Source of the DNA: Camelus ferus
Taxonomy: Eukaryota
DNA: 64,000 bases
NCBI RefSeq assembly: GCF_009834535.1
Contig: NC_045697.1
Location: 49,974,001 to 50,038,000 of the forward strand
Reading direction: 5' to 3'
Program-made: the position numbers and the translations under genes
Notes under the pieces: model-generated
Database searches by the model: none
What the model saw: only the letters and a program-made list of their open reading frames with translations
What the model was told of the DNA's origin: nothing
Shown here: positions 1 to 11,950 of the stretch, in pieces
How the letters are laid out: every line of letters starts with the position of its first letter
How positions within the stretch are numbered: the first letter of the stretch is position 1

Positions 1-631
1 TTCTGAGAAAGTGGGAAAAGAGACAAAAGATTTGTTGCAAAGGGCCCTAATAAACAAGCCAGATACTTCTCAGTGAGAAGGACAGGAGGAGAGCAACAGA
101 AGAAGGGCTGGATGAAATCAAATCATGTTTTCTGCAGGAAGCCTGACCTCAGTGAAAATCCAAAAGCAGAGGCCCCCAAGGAGTCCTTCTGCTCCCAGGA
201 GACAGTGCAGATTAGATTGGCCTTATGCTTAGCAGACAGGCCTTGATACTAAATTCTCTTGACCTTCTCATGTGATTCTTGTCAGCCTGGCCCTCATTTG
301 TTAAGCTTGCTTTAATTATGTGCATAATGGCTCATTATTTTTTTATAAAGAAAACAGCAAAGGAAACAATTATGCAAATGAATGAGGTTTGTTGTTCACC
401 AAGGAGCTGTGGCTACTTGGGCACTGATACAAAAACACCATTGCCAAACACAGTGTCAAAAGGAACCCCACTAATCTCTGAGATCTCTTTCAGTATATCA
501 GTACCTACAGGATAAACTTTATGTCCAAGAACAAAGATAAGACACCAGAAAAAATCACTTAGGTCCAGGGGCTTTGATCAGAACAGTTACTCTTCCTTGT
601 TAACACTGAAGGCTTATCCAAGTTGTTCAAG

Positions 632-1138
632 TGTTACTGGAGAGTGTGTTCTTCTCTCGTTGCAGAAAGAATTCGGAAACGAGACATTGAAGATAAGAAA
701 GCAAAGGAAAGATTTATTAAGCAATATACACTTTCAAGGGGGAGTGCAGGCAGACATAGGTGAGTAACTGCACTGAATTATTTTGGAAAGTTGGTTATAT
801 GGAGTGTAAAAATGAATGGGCAGAATATTCATTGGGGGAGAAGGGGTTTGGGGTCATATTTCCTGATTTTCAACCTAGCTCCACTTTCCCAAGGGGAGGA
901 GGGATTTTAGTCCTTATTTAATCTTGACTGGAAGTGTCATGGTGTCAGTGCATGATGGTTATTTCTCATTTGCAAGGCTAATTTTATTGTAATGTGCATA
1001 TAATGAGGATCAAGGTCTACTGGAAGTTGAATCTTCTGGCCATATTGGGCGTAGTTGGTTCTAACCAATTTATGTCGTATCATAAAGGCTATGCCATTCT
1101 TTTGATGATTGTTCCCTGCCCTCTTCCCTCCTGCCTCA
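632..1138 (-). mobile_element. Solo LTR, ERV1-like (MER31-type appearance)
   Basis: Minus strand reads TGAGGCAGG...TAACA with TG..CA termini and internal AATAAA at 718-713. Flanks caag/cagg are an imperfect 4-bp TSD. Confidence 0.65.
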
Positions 1139-2449
1139 CAGGATGAAGCTTCTCCTTTTTGGTTTGCTCTTTGATTGTTGTCAGACAGAAAGGATTTGTA
1201 TGTTTGACCTAGGATTCCTTCCTCTGGTCTCTGTTTTGGAATGTCTCATTCAATCTCTCACTCATTCATTCATTTTGCCTGTTTTAATGCTATCTAGTTA
1301 AATCTTTACCTACAAGGCCTGTGCAGTTTGGCTACATTTCATCTTAACCAATGTCATCTCTTTTTGACACAGGTCACTCATCACAGGTAGTCTTCTTTCA
1401 GCCTTACATATTCCAACCTCCTTTGATCTTTGGTCTTTTACCTACAATGGATTAATTTCCTCCTGCCCCCATGTAACCTCCAGTTCTGATTCATTAAATT
1501 AGATCAGAAATATATGTCATATGCTTCCATGCTACCCTGTATTTTTCCCTTAAGGCATTTATAACATTTGAAATTAATTACTGTTGTAAAATGACCTAAG
1601 CTAACTTGGTCATTATAATTATTACATCTCCAGAACTCATGACCAGCAGGGATATTACACTCAAGGTGAGTCCCAAAATGGATTCTGCAGAACAAAATAT
1701 CACCCAGAAAACACAAAACTCATCACATAGCCTGTTCTGTAAGCTCAATGAAATCTTAGCACTCTCTCTTTTTATGCATTTAGACAAGCTCTTAATTGAA
1801 GGGTTCATTTGAGGCAAATGTGAAAATATTTTAGCAGCAGGATTCGGCTAAATTTCTAATCAGTATCAAATACTGACTAAATGATAGGGTATAGAACCAG
1901 AAGAAATACCAAGGCCTAGGGCTACTAGGTTTGGCAGATTCCTAGATTTTTTGAATATAATGCTGTAAAGCCCATACAATATTTTTAGACATTCCATAAA
2001 ACTGGAAGATCATTTATTTCACCAAAGAAACATTATCTCCAATGTCTATTATACCAAATAACACATTTTCTGCTGTTGATCAAATATTAAGGTAACTTTA
2101 GCTTTATGGTAGCTGTTCCTGGAGGGTGGATTTTGATTAGAGGCTTTCAAATACCACCCCTGGGGTGTAGATTTCTGATTAGAGTTGTTCAGATATCAAC
2201 CAACCACCCCTAGGGTATAAATTAAAATGCCCATCTATATATCACACATTCTGTGAAGTAATTTAAAGTAAATTACAGACAATATAGCAATTGTTAAAAC
2301 TGCAGGCTAATGTCTGGTTTGCTTACTGGAAAGTAAGTTCCATGGAAGGGGAGGTGACATTCATATCGCACACCCAGAGTATACACAGTTCCAGACCTGG
2401 AGCAGGTGACCAAGAAATGTTGTTGGAATAAATGGAGATCATCTGCCAA

Positions 2450-2665
2450 CCTCTCCCCATTCCTTCCCAATTCTGCCTTTTTACCTATCATTCCCTTCAA
2501 TCATTCTCCTACCTTCCTTCCTTCACTCTTTCCTTCCTCCCTCCCACCTCTCTTTCTCTCTCTTTTTTCTCTTTTCCTCCCCCTTTCCCCTCTCTTTCTC
2601 TCTCCCTCCACCTTCTCTTTTTCTTATTTCTCTCTTGAGCCTCCCCTTTTCCTTTTCTCTTTTTA
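2450..2665. repeat. Pyrimidine-rich (CT) low-complexity tract
   Basis: Near-pure C/T runs that account for spurious ORFs 2406..2708 and 2523..2720. Confidence 0.9.
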
Positions 2666-3255
2666 TTTGTGTGGGAAAATCATGTGGCTTTTTCAAAATT
2701 CTGACTGAATATTCTGCCATTGAAGAACTAGTGTGTTTGAAGACTTGCTTTCCCTTGATTTAGTTGCTTAGAGGCTTTATTTATACTGTTTTGTTTCCTA
2801 TCTGTAACAGGAGAACAGCAGTGGCTCCTCCCTCAGAAGGGTGTCATGAGAATTTGTGGAGTTTTGCCAGCAGGCTTAATTCTCCTTCCACCCATCTGCC
2901 TCTAATTTAGTCCTAGCCCCCATTTCACTAATTATTAGATTACTTTACTTTCTTAGCCACGATGCCATTCATTTCTTTCTCCAACTGGTCTTGAGAAGGT
3001 GAAAGTGTAGCATCTTCTTTGCTGGGTATGTTTGTGTGTGTGAGGTGGGTTGGGGCAGGGGCTGGCAGCCAAGAAGAAATGTGTTGCTCCACTCTTCTTT
3101 GTTTCCAAGCTGGGTTCTCTTAGACAAGCCAGTTAACCCCTTTCAGCTTTTGTTTTCCTATCTGTAGGAGGGAGTTATGATGCCAATCTCACATGGGTGT
3201 CATGAGGATAGCATGAGATTAGTATATGTGAAGACAATTGGCCCAAAGGGATGCT

Positions 3256-3355
3256 NNNNNNNNNNNNNNNNNNNNNNNNNNNNNNNNNNNNNNNNNNNNN
3301 NNNNNNNNNNNNNNNNNNNNNNNNNNNNNNNNNNNNNNNNNNNNNNNNNNNNNNN
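3256..3355. other. Assembly gap (100 N)
   Basis: Exactly 100 N, the usual placeholder for a gap of unknown size. Confidence 0.99.
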
Positions 3356-3452
3356 ATGCAGACTCAGGCCCCACCCCAAACTATGGCTCAGAATCTGTAT
3401 TTTAACAAGACACCCTGTGATTTGCAGGCACATTCAAGTTTGAGAAGCACTG
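3356..3452 (+). mobile_element. MER5-type hAT-Charlie fragment, cut by the gap
   Basis: tcagaatctgtattttaacaag...cacattcaagtttgagaagcactg matches a MER5A terminus. Confidence 0.8.
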
Positions 3453-6400
3453 TCATACTAAGTAGAAGGTGGGCTTTGGTGTAAGAATTTCCGGGTTTGA
3501 AGTTGAGATCCCACCTCTTTCTAGTTCTGTGACCATGGGACGGTCATTTAACCATTCTGAACCTCAGTTTCCTGGTCTCTAAACGGATCCTCATACCTTC
3601 CTCAAGGTGCAGGCACATGACAGGAATTCAACACATGTCCTCTCCCTTCTCCCTGTCTCCCTTCCTTCTGAGGGCACAGTCAGGAAAGGCCATTTGCCTC
3701 TTTCGTGATCATTAGGAAACTGTGGTAAGGTGAGGAAAGGATGCTTTTCTCTCCCTCGCCCTCCCTCTCCTGTCTCCTCTTTCCTCTCTCCTCACTCTCC
3801 TGCTTTCTTTCCGCAGTTAGAGACACAATACTTACCAGGTTCCAGCTGGGGCACCACTAGGACCTAGCAAGCTCTGAAAGAGAGGGTTGATCTGAGTGTG
3901 ACCAGGATCAGGGGAAGCCAAGACTCCTGGTTCTAATGGATCAATTAGGAGGAAGAAAGTACATTTCCAAGATAAAATTGGACTTATGGCAAAGGATGGG
4001 TCTGTAGAGAAGGAACCCAGGGGGTTGATTAGGTAGACAGCGGGGCAATGTGGATCAGAGAGAGATCTGGGAATGAGGAGGATGGAAATAAATGTGTCAG
4101 GCCATTTTCCATCCTTTCACTACATCCTCTTCTGTGCTCCCGCTGTCCCCTGCACATTCCTCTATCAGGGTACCCACAGCTCTGAACGGAATCACAGATT
4201 TCACTCTTTGATTAGATTGAAAGCATTCTGAGGATTGACTGTCATCTTAAGGACCATGTCTTGTTTCATTTGTTTCTACATCTAGAATGTGTAAGTGAAT
4301 ACTGTTTGATGAGTGATGAATGAACAAATGAAATTTTTGCTTCCAGTGCTATAATGCTGTCACAGTCTATTCCATAGGGGAATTGCAGGGCCTTTAATAG
4401 AGCAAACATGAGGCTCTCAAGCCAGTGCATCACTGTTGGTCTTCAATCCCATATGCCTCCATGTGGCAGCCTGGGTTTCCCACTGCCCCTCTCTTCTCAC
4501 AGCTGGTGTCCTAAGTGTGGAGAAGGACCAAGGGGAAAGGATGGAAAGTTGGCAGACTCTCTAGTCTTCCAGTTCTCCTTTGCTCGATATTTTGACTGTA
4601 GTCGGATTGAGAGCCTATTACCTTGCAGGGAACCAGCTGCCTCGGTTTCTAGGAGCTCAGAGAGGCTAGGAAAGAATAATTGCGCCTTTCTTTACTGAAG
4701 AGCTACCTGTCAGCCTTCGAGGATGACTCAGGAGGTTAGTCCTCTAGCTCAGGGATGTACCTGAACTCTGATGGGGGCATTAAAACTGACCTATGGGAGA
4801 TAGACAGAAAATCTACCCTCTCCACTCTGGAGGAAGAGGCCAACAGCCAGGTGATGCTGAGAACCCTTGGAAGGTGACAGACAAAGGCCTCAAGGCTGTG
4901 CCCCCATGAGCAGGCTTCTCGGTGAGCGTGGCTGCTTTCCAGAAATGGATGTTCAGAGGAGAGAACACAACCCCTGAAACCTGAGATTAATCATCACTGG
5001 GAATTATTCACTCTATATTTCGTTTTATCTCATATCGGCTCCAGAACTTGTTTTCAAGGGTCAGCAAAACCATGTGCAGCCTGGAGAGAGGGTGGGGTTG
5101 GTGGGATGCAGAGGGAGGTATGAGCCTTGGAACTTCCACGTTGAAAGTGAATAAATTAAAGGAAACATTGCTCTTACTCTCCTCTGCCCTTCCCAGCAGG
5201 TCTTCTATCCAGCTTTCGGAAGCCTGCATCCTTCTCAGAAGACCCCAGCAGAGGTGGGGAGCTGGGAAGGGTTGGTGGGTGGATGGCGGGGGTGACCATG
5301 GCTCTGCCTGCAGCAAGAGAAGTGCTGAGGGGGGTTTTGAACCCCTTCTCTATTTCCTTCCCCCACCTTTTTTGTTCTATTTGGCAGGGGTGGGGTGGGT
5401 GGATGAGGCAGGCTGGAGGGATGGGGGAGGGGAGAGGGAAGAGCACTGAAAGCAGGGAGGGGAAAGAATTTGGTACATCACATGCAATGTGAGCTGCTCT
5501 CTCTCTCGTTCATTTAAAATTTAGGTCAAAATGAAAAAAAATTTGGGTCAAAATAGAAATATACATATTTTGTGGTTTCATAAAACTTCATTTACTGTAT
5601 CTTTAAAGACAGTAGAAGTAACAACAATATATGTAAAAGTAGTGATTTAGTGACTAGAAGCAAGACAAAGCGAGAGAATTGTAGAACCAGTGTCCAGTTC
5701 AGCAACCCCCTTTCTTTCCTCCAAGCTGTACTCACATTCTGACAGAACATATGCAGTCACCCTGCCACGTGAAGAAACACGACCAGGGGAGGTGTTGGCT
5801 GAGAACAAAAGGGACCTGCAAATGGCGAAGGGGCTAAGAAAGCTGCAGAGACCACTGTGTCACGTGACCCACTGCAGACAAGAAGCTTCTCCTAACTATG
5901 CACATTCTCCTTCTTGCTTTGACAGGTATATAGGTACATATGTTAATCAGTCCCTTCTCTCTCCTTTCTCACCGCTCCCTTCCAATACAAAGCGGTTAAC
6001 CCTGTAATGTGGCATGTAAGTCGCAGGGTAGCAAAGGAATATTGCATCTGAACTAGGAGTGGGTATTCCTGGAGATTAAGTGACACATGGGATGCTGTCT
6101 TTCTTTTCGGGGGCAGGTGAGAGCACCCTCAGTTGTATAAGGGCCAGTTATGTCATGTTAGGAATGAAGCGGTGCTCTTTTTTTGAAGTTCTACTCTGGG
6201 GTAAGAAGAAAGGACTGGACTCACTTGTTGATGCTCAGCTCAGCATTGTTACCGCCCTAAGACCTCCTTTGCGATACAGAGGAGAAGGCAGGAACCACTT
6301 GCAATCTTCTTTCCTGTAAGGCTCTGGCTAGAGCTTGTCCACAAGTGGTTTGTGGAAAAGGCAAAGTCATTCTCCAGAAACCTTTGCCGTCAGGTGTGCA

Positions 6401-7179
6401 GGCACCTGCGGCTTCCCCGTGAGCTCCTGAGAACCACGTGCCTCACTGCTGCAGCCTGAGACGTCAGCTTCTCAGAGACCCAAGAATGCCAGCAGTTACC
6501 TGCCATGGCCTCCCTAACCTTTCTTCTTTCTGCTCTTGCAAAGTTTTTGTAAGACTCTCATGTCTATATGCGATCCTTAACTTTGAACTAAGATTTTAAT
6601 ATACATTCCAGAAATACAAGAAGAGGTGTTTCTGGCTTTAGTTTTTCCCTGATGAACCTTCGTTCCAGGGCTGAATGTCCCGGCACGGGGGCTGGGGGTC
6701 GGCATTTGTCTCTCACACCTGCCGACAGCACCGGGCTTCTGACGGGCTGGGACTTTTCAACACTCTGCCCAGCACTGTTTGTGGCGGTGAATTCTGTCCA
6801 AGTGCCAAGGGAGATATGGCCAGTGGGAGAACAAGACAGTGGTCTGGACTCTGTCACCACAGCTGCTGTGTCGGTCTGGTGACAGGGGAGGGTCAGCCTG
6901 GAGTCCCCTGCTGTTGATTGTAGTGGCTGTCAGGTGGGGGACCTCAGCTGGCAGCACCAAATCTGCTTACAGGCAGGTCCGAGTCTGGACGGCTGGAAGC
7001 CCTGAGTGAGCCCCTCTGGCTGCTCTAGGAACTTCTCTTCAGGTAGGGATCCTGCTTCTGTGCTGGGTGCCCAGGTTGTCCCACACTGGGTTCAGACCTG
7101 GGTGGGCCTGTCTGCTGGCTGGCCGAATGTGTGACTGTGTGTGCCAGGAACCTCTGGCACAGAGTGAGGGCTCCCTGGA

Positions 7180-7410
7180 AATGGTCAAGAGCATGGACTC
7201 TGGAGGTCAGCTGTTGACATGTGACTCCTGCCTCACTGCTTACCAGCTGCACGACATTGGGCAAGTTTCTCAGCCTTTTGGCCCTTAGTTTTCTCGTTTG
7301 TACCATGAAGATATCAACAATACCGCCCTCACAGCGATGTTAATTTACGTTAAATGTTTAGAACAGTGTCTTTCTCGTAGTAAGTGCTATGTGAGAATGA
7401 GCATTCTTAT
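7180..7410 (+). mobile_element. MIR SINE
   Basis: aagagcatggactctgga...ttgggcaagtttctcagcc...aaatgtttagaacagtg resembles the MIR core and 3' end. Confidence 0.75.
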
Positions 7411-9219
7411 GATGACACCAAGGAAAGACAAGTTTGTGTCACAATGGAATCTTCAGGCAAGAGAGGGCAGTGACCCTCAGGTCAGCCTCCCTGGTCCAGG
7501 CTGCTGTGGGGAGCGGGGGGGCCGCCAGTGGAAACCGAGAGAGAGGCTCTCACAAACACTCTGGGCAACAGTGGGGGCCTGTGTTGGCTGTCATGACAGA
7601 ACAGGGGGAATGGGAGGCAGTCACCCTGCTCGGCAGAGAACACAGCCCAGCAGGGCAGCAGGAGTTAGCGGAAAGGTGACAGTGCCTGGCCAGGGCACAA
7701 GTGCCTGGGAGCTGGCTGGGCTTGCTCCGGGCTGCATGCCAGACACCATCGAGATGGCCCAAAATAGCTGAGAGGGACTTTGCAAGGGGTGGAAGATCCC
7801 ATTTTACCAGGAGGTGTGAGTCTTCAGAGCTGGGTTAGACTTACATCTGATGCCAGTCCCTTGGGTGAAAAGCAACCAAGGGCTCTGGTGACAGACAGAC
7901 CTAGTTTGAGTCCCACCTCTGCCACTTACTGCACCGCACACACTCGGAGGGCAGGGGCCACCTAAGTCACTGTGGCGTGTGCAGAAGGGTGCAGTACATG
8001 CGTGAATGGGTTGAATGTCCTGGAACCTCAGTTTCCCTATCTGTAAGATGGCGAGAGTGTAATGATCAGGGAAGTGATGCAAGGATTACATTAGACAATT
8101 GCCCTCAGGAGCCAAAAGTTCCTACTGAACATATGTTACTTCTTCTTTATAGTAAATATTAAGTGTCTTGCTTAAAACAGAAACCCAATACATTCACTGA
8201 CCAGAACAGATAATGCAGCTTTAGGGCAGTATATGTAGTCCATTCTACACTTGCCAAAGACTGCATCCTTTAGGAGAAGAGATCATACCTCTTACAGGGG
8301 TTATCCCAATTTGATCAGTGTTTTTAAGTGTCATATATGACTCAGTCCTTTCTGACGAAAATTGAAATATAGCTATGAGCTATTGGTAAGTGCCACTGAA
8401 TTTTAGGAGAGTAAAAGATTCAAGGTAGGTTACTAAATAATTGAAACAGATTATGACCTGACTTGGAAAAGCTACGATACAGGGGAAAAGTGGACTTGGA
8501 CCCAAGAATTCATAGTGTGTAAACACTGCACATTATTATTAAGCTTTTCCTTTCTACGCACACTTAGCGTGCTTTCCGACCAAACCTGTTCAAGCCAGCT
8601 TGGAATAATGGAGCTGTTACTTGCTTTCGTGCCCATGGCAGGTCCTCAAGAAATGACTGAATGATGGATGGGAAAGGGTCCTGTTTCATGTTTGGTCCTC
8701 TTTGTCTACCTTACTCCATCCATTCAAGCCTCCATGTTGTGCCGCTGGAAGCCAGGTACCTGAAACTTACTGAATCTGACCTCATGTTTAAATCCATCCT
8801 CAAACCAGCTTGCTCTAGTTTGCAGGTGGATCCACCCCTCTCCTGTGTTGCAAGATGCATAGGCTTTGTTGTTGCTGTTTTCTTCAGAATCAGAATAGTC
8901 TTTGGTTGGCTTCTGGAGGGGTGAAATTATATTCTGGATGATTGAAATTGCTGGCTATTTAACTGCCAGAGAGGATGAGTAGGCTGACTTTTTTGAAGGC
9001 GAACAAAGCAAGTATCAAATGTACCATTATGGCCTCAATAAGACTTGATTATGTATCGCTACCTATTAATTGAACCAAAGTGTTTACTTTTACAACTATT
9101 TTATAAGGCATGGTGTATAGTTAAGAGTAAAATCACTGCTTGGGAAGTTTCTTCATTTCTGACATCCTTCAGTTCTGTTTCAAGATCAGAGGGGGCATCC
9201 CACTCTGCAGAAAATATTA

Positions 9220-9225
9220 TTTATT
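9220..9225 (-). terminator. Alternative distal poly(A) signal AATAAA
   Basis: Plus-strand tttatt about 140 nt beyond the ATTAAA, with weaker GU-rich downstream context. Confidence 0.4.
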
Positions 9226-9362
9226 GATGTGGGATAAATTAGCTCTAAGAACAAGCCAGGTCTACTTAATATGAGCAGTACTGAGGATATCCAGTGAATG
9301 GCTTGAATAACAAAACATATCAAAATGTGAATCACCAGTGTCAGACGCAAGCTTTTAAAAAC

Positions 9363-9368
9363 TTTAAT
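9363..9368 (-). terminator. Candidate poly(A) signal ATTAAA
   Basis: Plus-strand tttaat. Two UGUA motifs upstream in the transcript (9401-9404, 9416-9419) and a U/GU-rich downstream tract (ttttgatatgttttgtt). Confidence 0.65.
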
Positions 9369-10466
9369 TGATATAATCATAATTAGTATGCAACATGTCT
9401 TACAACAAATGTAGATACAGTGACAGCAAATATCAAAGGAGTTGCACGTCTTTCCATCTTTAAATGAGGTTGGCTAACTCACTCCAAGAAAGCAATCTGT
9501 CATTGGTCTCTTGGTTAGCATTGGTCTCATAGTTAGCTGCTATTACCAAAATCAACTAGCACTTTAAAATCAAAGTTGAAATGGTACATTCATTTGCCAA
9601 AAAAGAGGTAAAAGGCAAAGAAGGTGAATCAACGTACAAATCAGCATCCGGCCCAGTTGCAAAATTCGTTTCCCAGATGCGAGGGATTGAACCATGCACC
9701 CTTGCAAGCAAGATGAAGGGCAAACAGATGACATCAAACCAAAGTCAACTCCACAAAGAACTCAGAAGACTTTGGGGTGGTCAAGGCCAGTTTACTGCTC
9801 TTAGTGCTCAGGTGTCCATGTATTACCCTAACTCAATAGTCTGTGAGACCTGTGTCCTGGGCCATCCTTTCACTCAAGGATGGAAACCATCCTCTGTGGT
9901 CCCAGGAGGTCAGCCAGTGGCACTGGGGGGTAGCCCGGAGCTGGAACAGCTGTCTGATGGGCTACTATACAGCTGTCGTTCTATAGATTTAAGTAAAAAC
10001 GACACACCAGTATAACAACAAACAAGAAACTGAGATCACTCATATACCTGTGTAATACTTAAGATGTCTATAAATATTTTTCTCCAGAAACTGAAAACGC
10101 AGTAGACATGATTTCATGAATCCTCACAACCTATTTGTGAGGTAGCAGGGGGTGAGGTCAACATGACAGCATCACGCCTGCCTAAGAAATGAAGACACAG
10201 ACATCCAGGGAGGGCAGGAGACTTTGTCGGGGCCATGGTGAAAGTAAACAAAGTTGAGCCCCACTCTGTCAACATTTGCAATCCATGGTCGAGAAGAGGC
10301 TGCTGGCCTCCTTCCTGCTCTGACATTCTCTCTGACACTTTAGGACTAATCCTGTCCCTGGATGGTGTCTGGTTGTTTTCAATCCCCTGGAGCCGTTCCC
10401 TTGGGTAGACTTGAACAGACTTGCTCCTTGAGGTAAAGGACGTCAGTTATTAGCATACATTTCAGA

Positions 10467-10470
10467 TGTG

Positions 10471-10511
<41 letters not shown>
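10467..10511. repeat. (TG)n microsatellite in the 3'UTR, (CA)n in the mRNA
   Basis: About 22 units with one CG interruption. Confidence 0.98.
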
Positions 10512-10513
<2 letters not shown>

Positions 10514-11759
10514 AGCAATATTTCTTGAATGCAGTTAAATTTCTTGGCCAACTCAAGAACAGGAAAAAATGCACTTGGCAAAATAAGGTTCAACCCATTG
10601 ATACTTGATACTAACATAACAAGGAGTGTTAAGGGTTTTTATGGGAAACTGTCACCTGGCTGAATGCATCTGCTGTAGGTCAAGTCCCTTTCTTCACCAT
10701 AGGGACCTGGAAGTTAATAAGAATGACCAGTCCATCAAGGACTCTTGTACAACAGGAGCCTTTGATAAGGAAGATGTTTGCTAAGTCTATGATTTATAAT
10801 CGGTCAGAATTCCCTGGGGAGAGGCTGGTCCCTCTGACACAGTACTTATGACCAGAGCAACATCCAGGTCTCACCTCTGCAAAAGTGTCTCATGGACATT
10901 TTGTCAACATGTTTGTGACCAAGGGAGAAAAAATATATGGAATGTCCTGTTTTTCTTGAATTGTCCTTTGCCAAACCTAAAGCTTATAAAGGGGGTGAAG
11001 GTAGGGAAGGGGGCCAATTATTCAGGCCAAGCATGGTCAGAAGGGGCACCCTTGGTCATTCCTGGCCATTTTTCTGACAATATCCTTTTTTAAAAAAAGA
11101 TAATCACAGATATGAGAATTCCTGGAAGCCTACTTCTCGGTCTTCACTCCTGCTGTAAAACAACTCTGGGGATTGCTCATTCCCCTTTGGTACCTAAGGA
11201 GTTTAGGAATAATTTCCTTCAGAGTGTGAGAGTGGCAGGTTGTGGAAAGTGGCATCGGTCCTGGTGTCTCTGACACCAGAAAGGTTTAGAACAGCATGGC
11301 AGCGGCCGTTTTCATGTCAGTCCTTTACTGAGCCACAGTGAGTGACAGGAGGAGTTGAAGGTCAAGTTTCTGGAAACTAAACAGAGTCATAGCAACAGGG
11401 CCAAGTTTAGAAATAAAATAAAAATGCAACTTTAAGTTCTTTATGATATCGTGGGACCATATAACACATTTGGAAACAGACGCCAATGTATGATTTTCTA
11501 CTCCATGAAATCAGGACAGAAGATGCGAGTTACTAATGTTCTGTGTTACAAGAGGACAGAGTTATAGCCATGAAATAAAGCTATCTAGAAAATACATAGA
11601 AATCAAAAGGCAAGCATGCATAGCAAAAACAACCCATCAGCCAACAAATGAAACACTTTTCAGATATAACCAATAATCAACCAATTATTTCATTTAGTTA
11701 AAAATAAACTCACTAACCTGGGAGGGTCTGGTTTTGTCACAACGGGCATTGAAATAAAT

Positions 11760-11950
11760 CAGGGTTCCTCAAACTCAGCACTATTGACATTTCAGGCCAG
11801 ATAATTCTTAGTTGTGATGGGCCATCCTGTACCTCATGGGATGTTTAGCACATCCATGGCCTTCACTCACTACTAGCACCCCTCAGTTGTGACACCCAAA
11901 AATATCACCAGAAACTTTCAAATGTCCTCTCTGCTGCTGGAAAACCACAG
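11760..11950 (-). mobile_element. MER20 hAT-Charlie DNA transposon in the PARM1 3'UTR
   Basis: cagggttcctcaaactcagcactattgacatt...ccagataattctt...gatgtttagca...agttgtgaca...aaatgtcc is the reverse complement of MER20. Flanks aaataaat/ccataaat are a degraded 8-bp TSD. Confidence 0.85.

Noticed and set aside
3177..3484. ORFs spanning the N run
   Set aside because: Artefacts of the assembly gap.
9581..10015. 144-aa plus-strand ORF antisense to the 3'UTR
   Set aside because: No recognisable homology or gene structure, and the length is compatible with chance.
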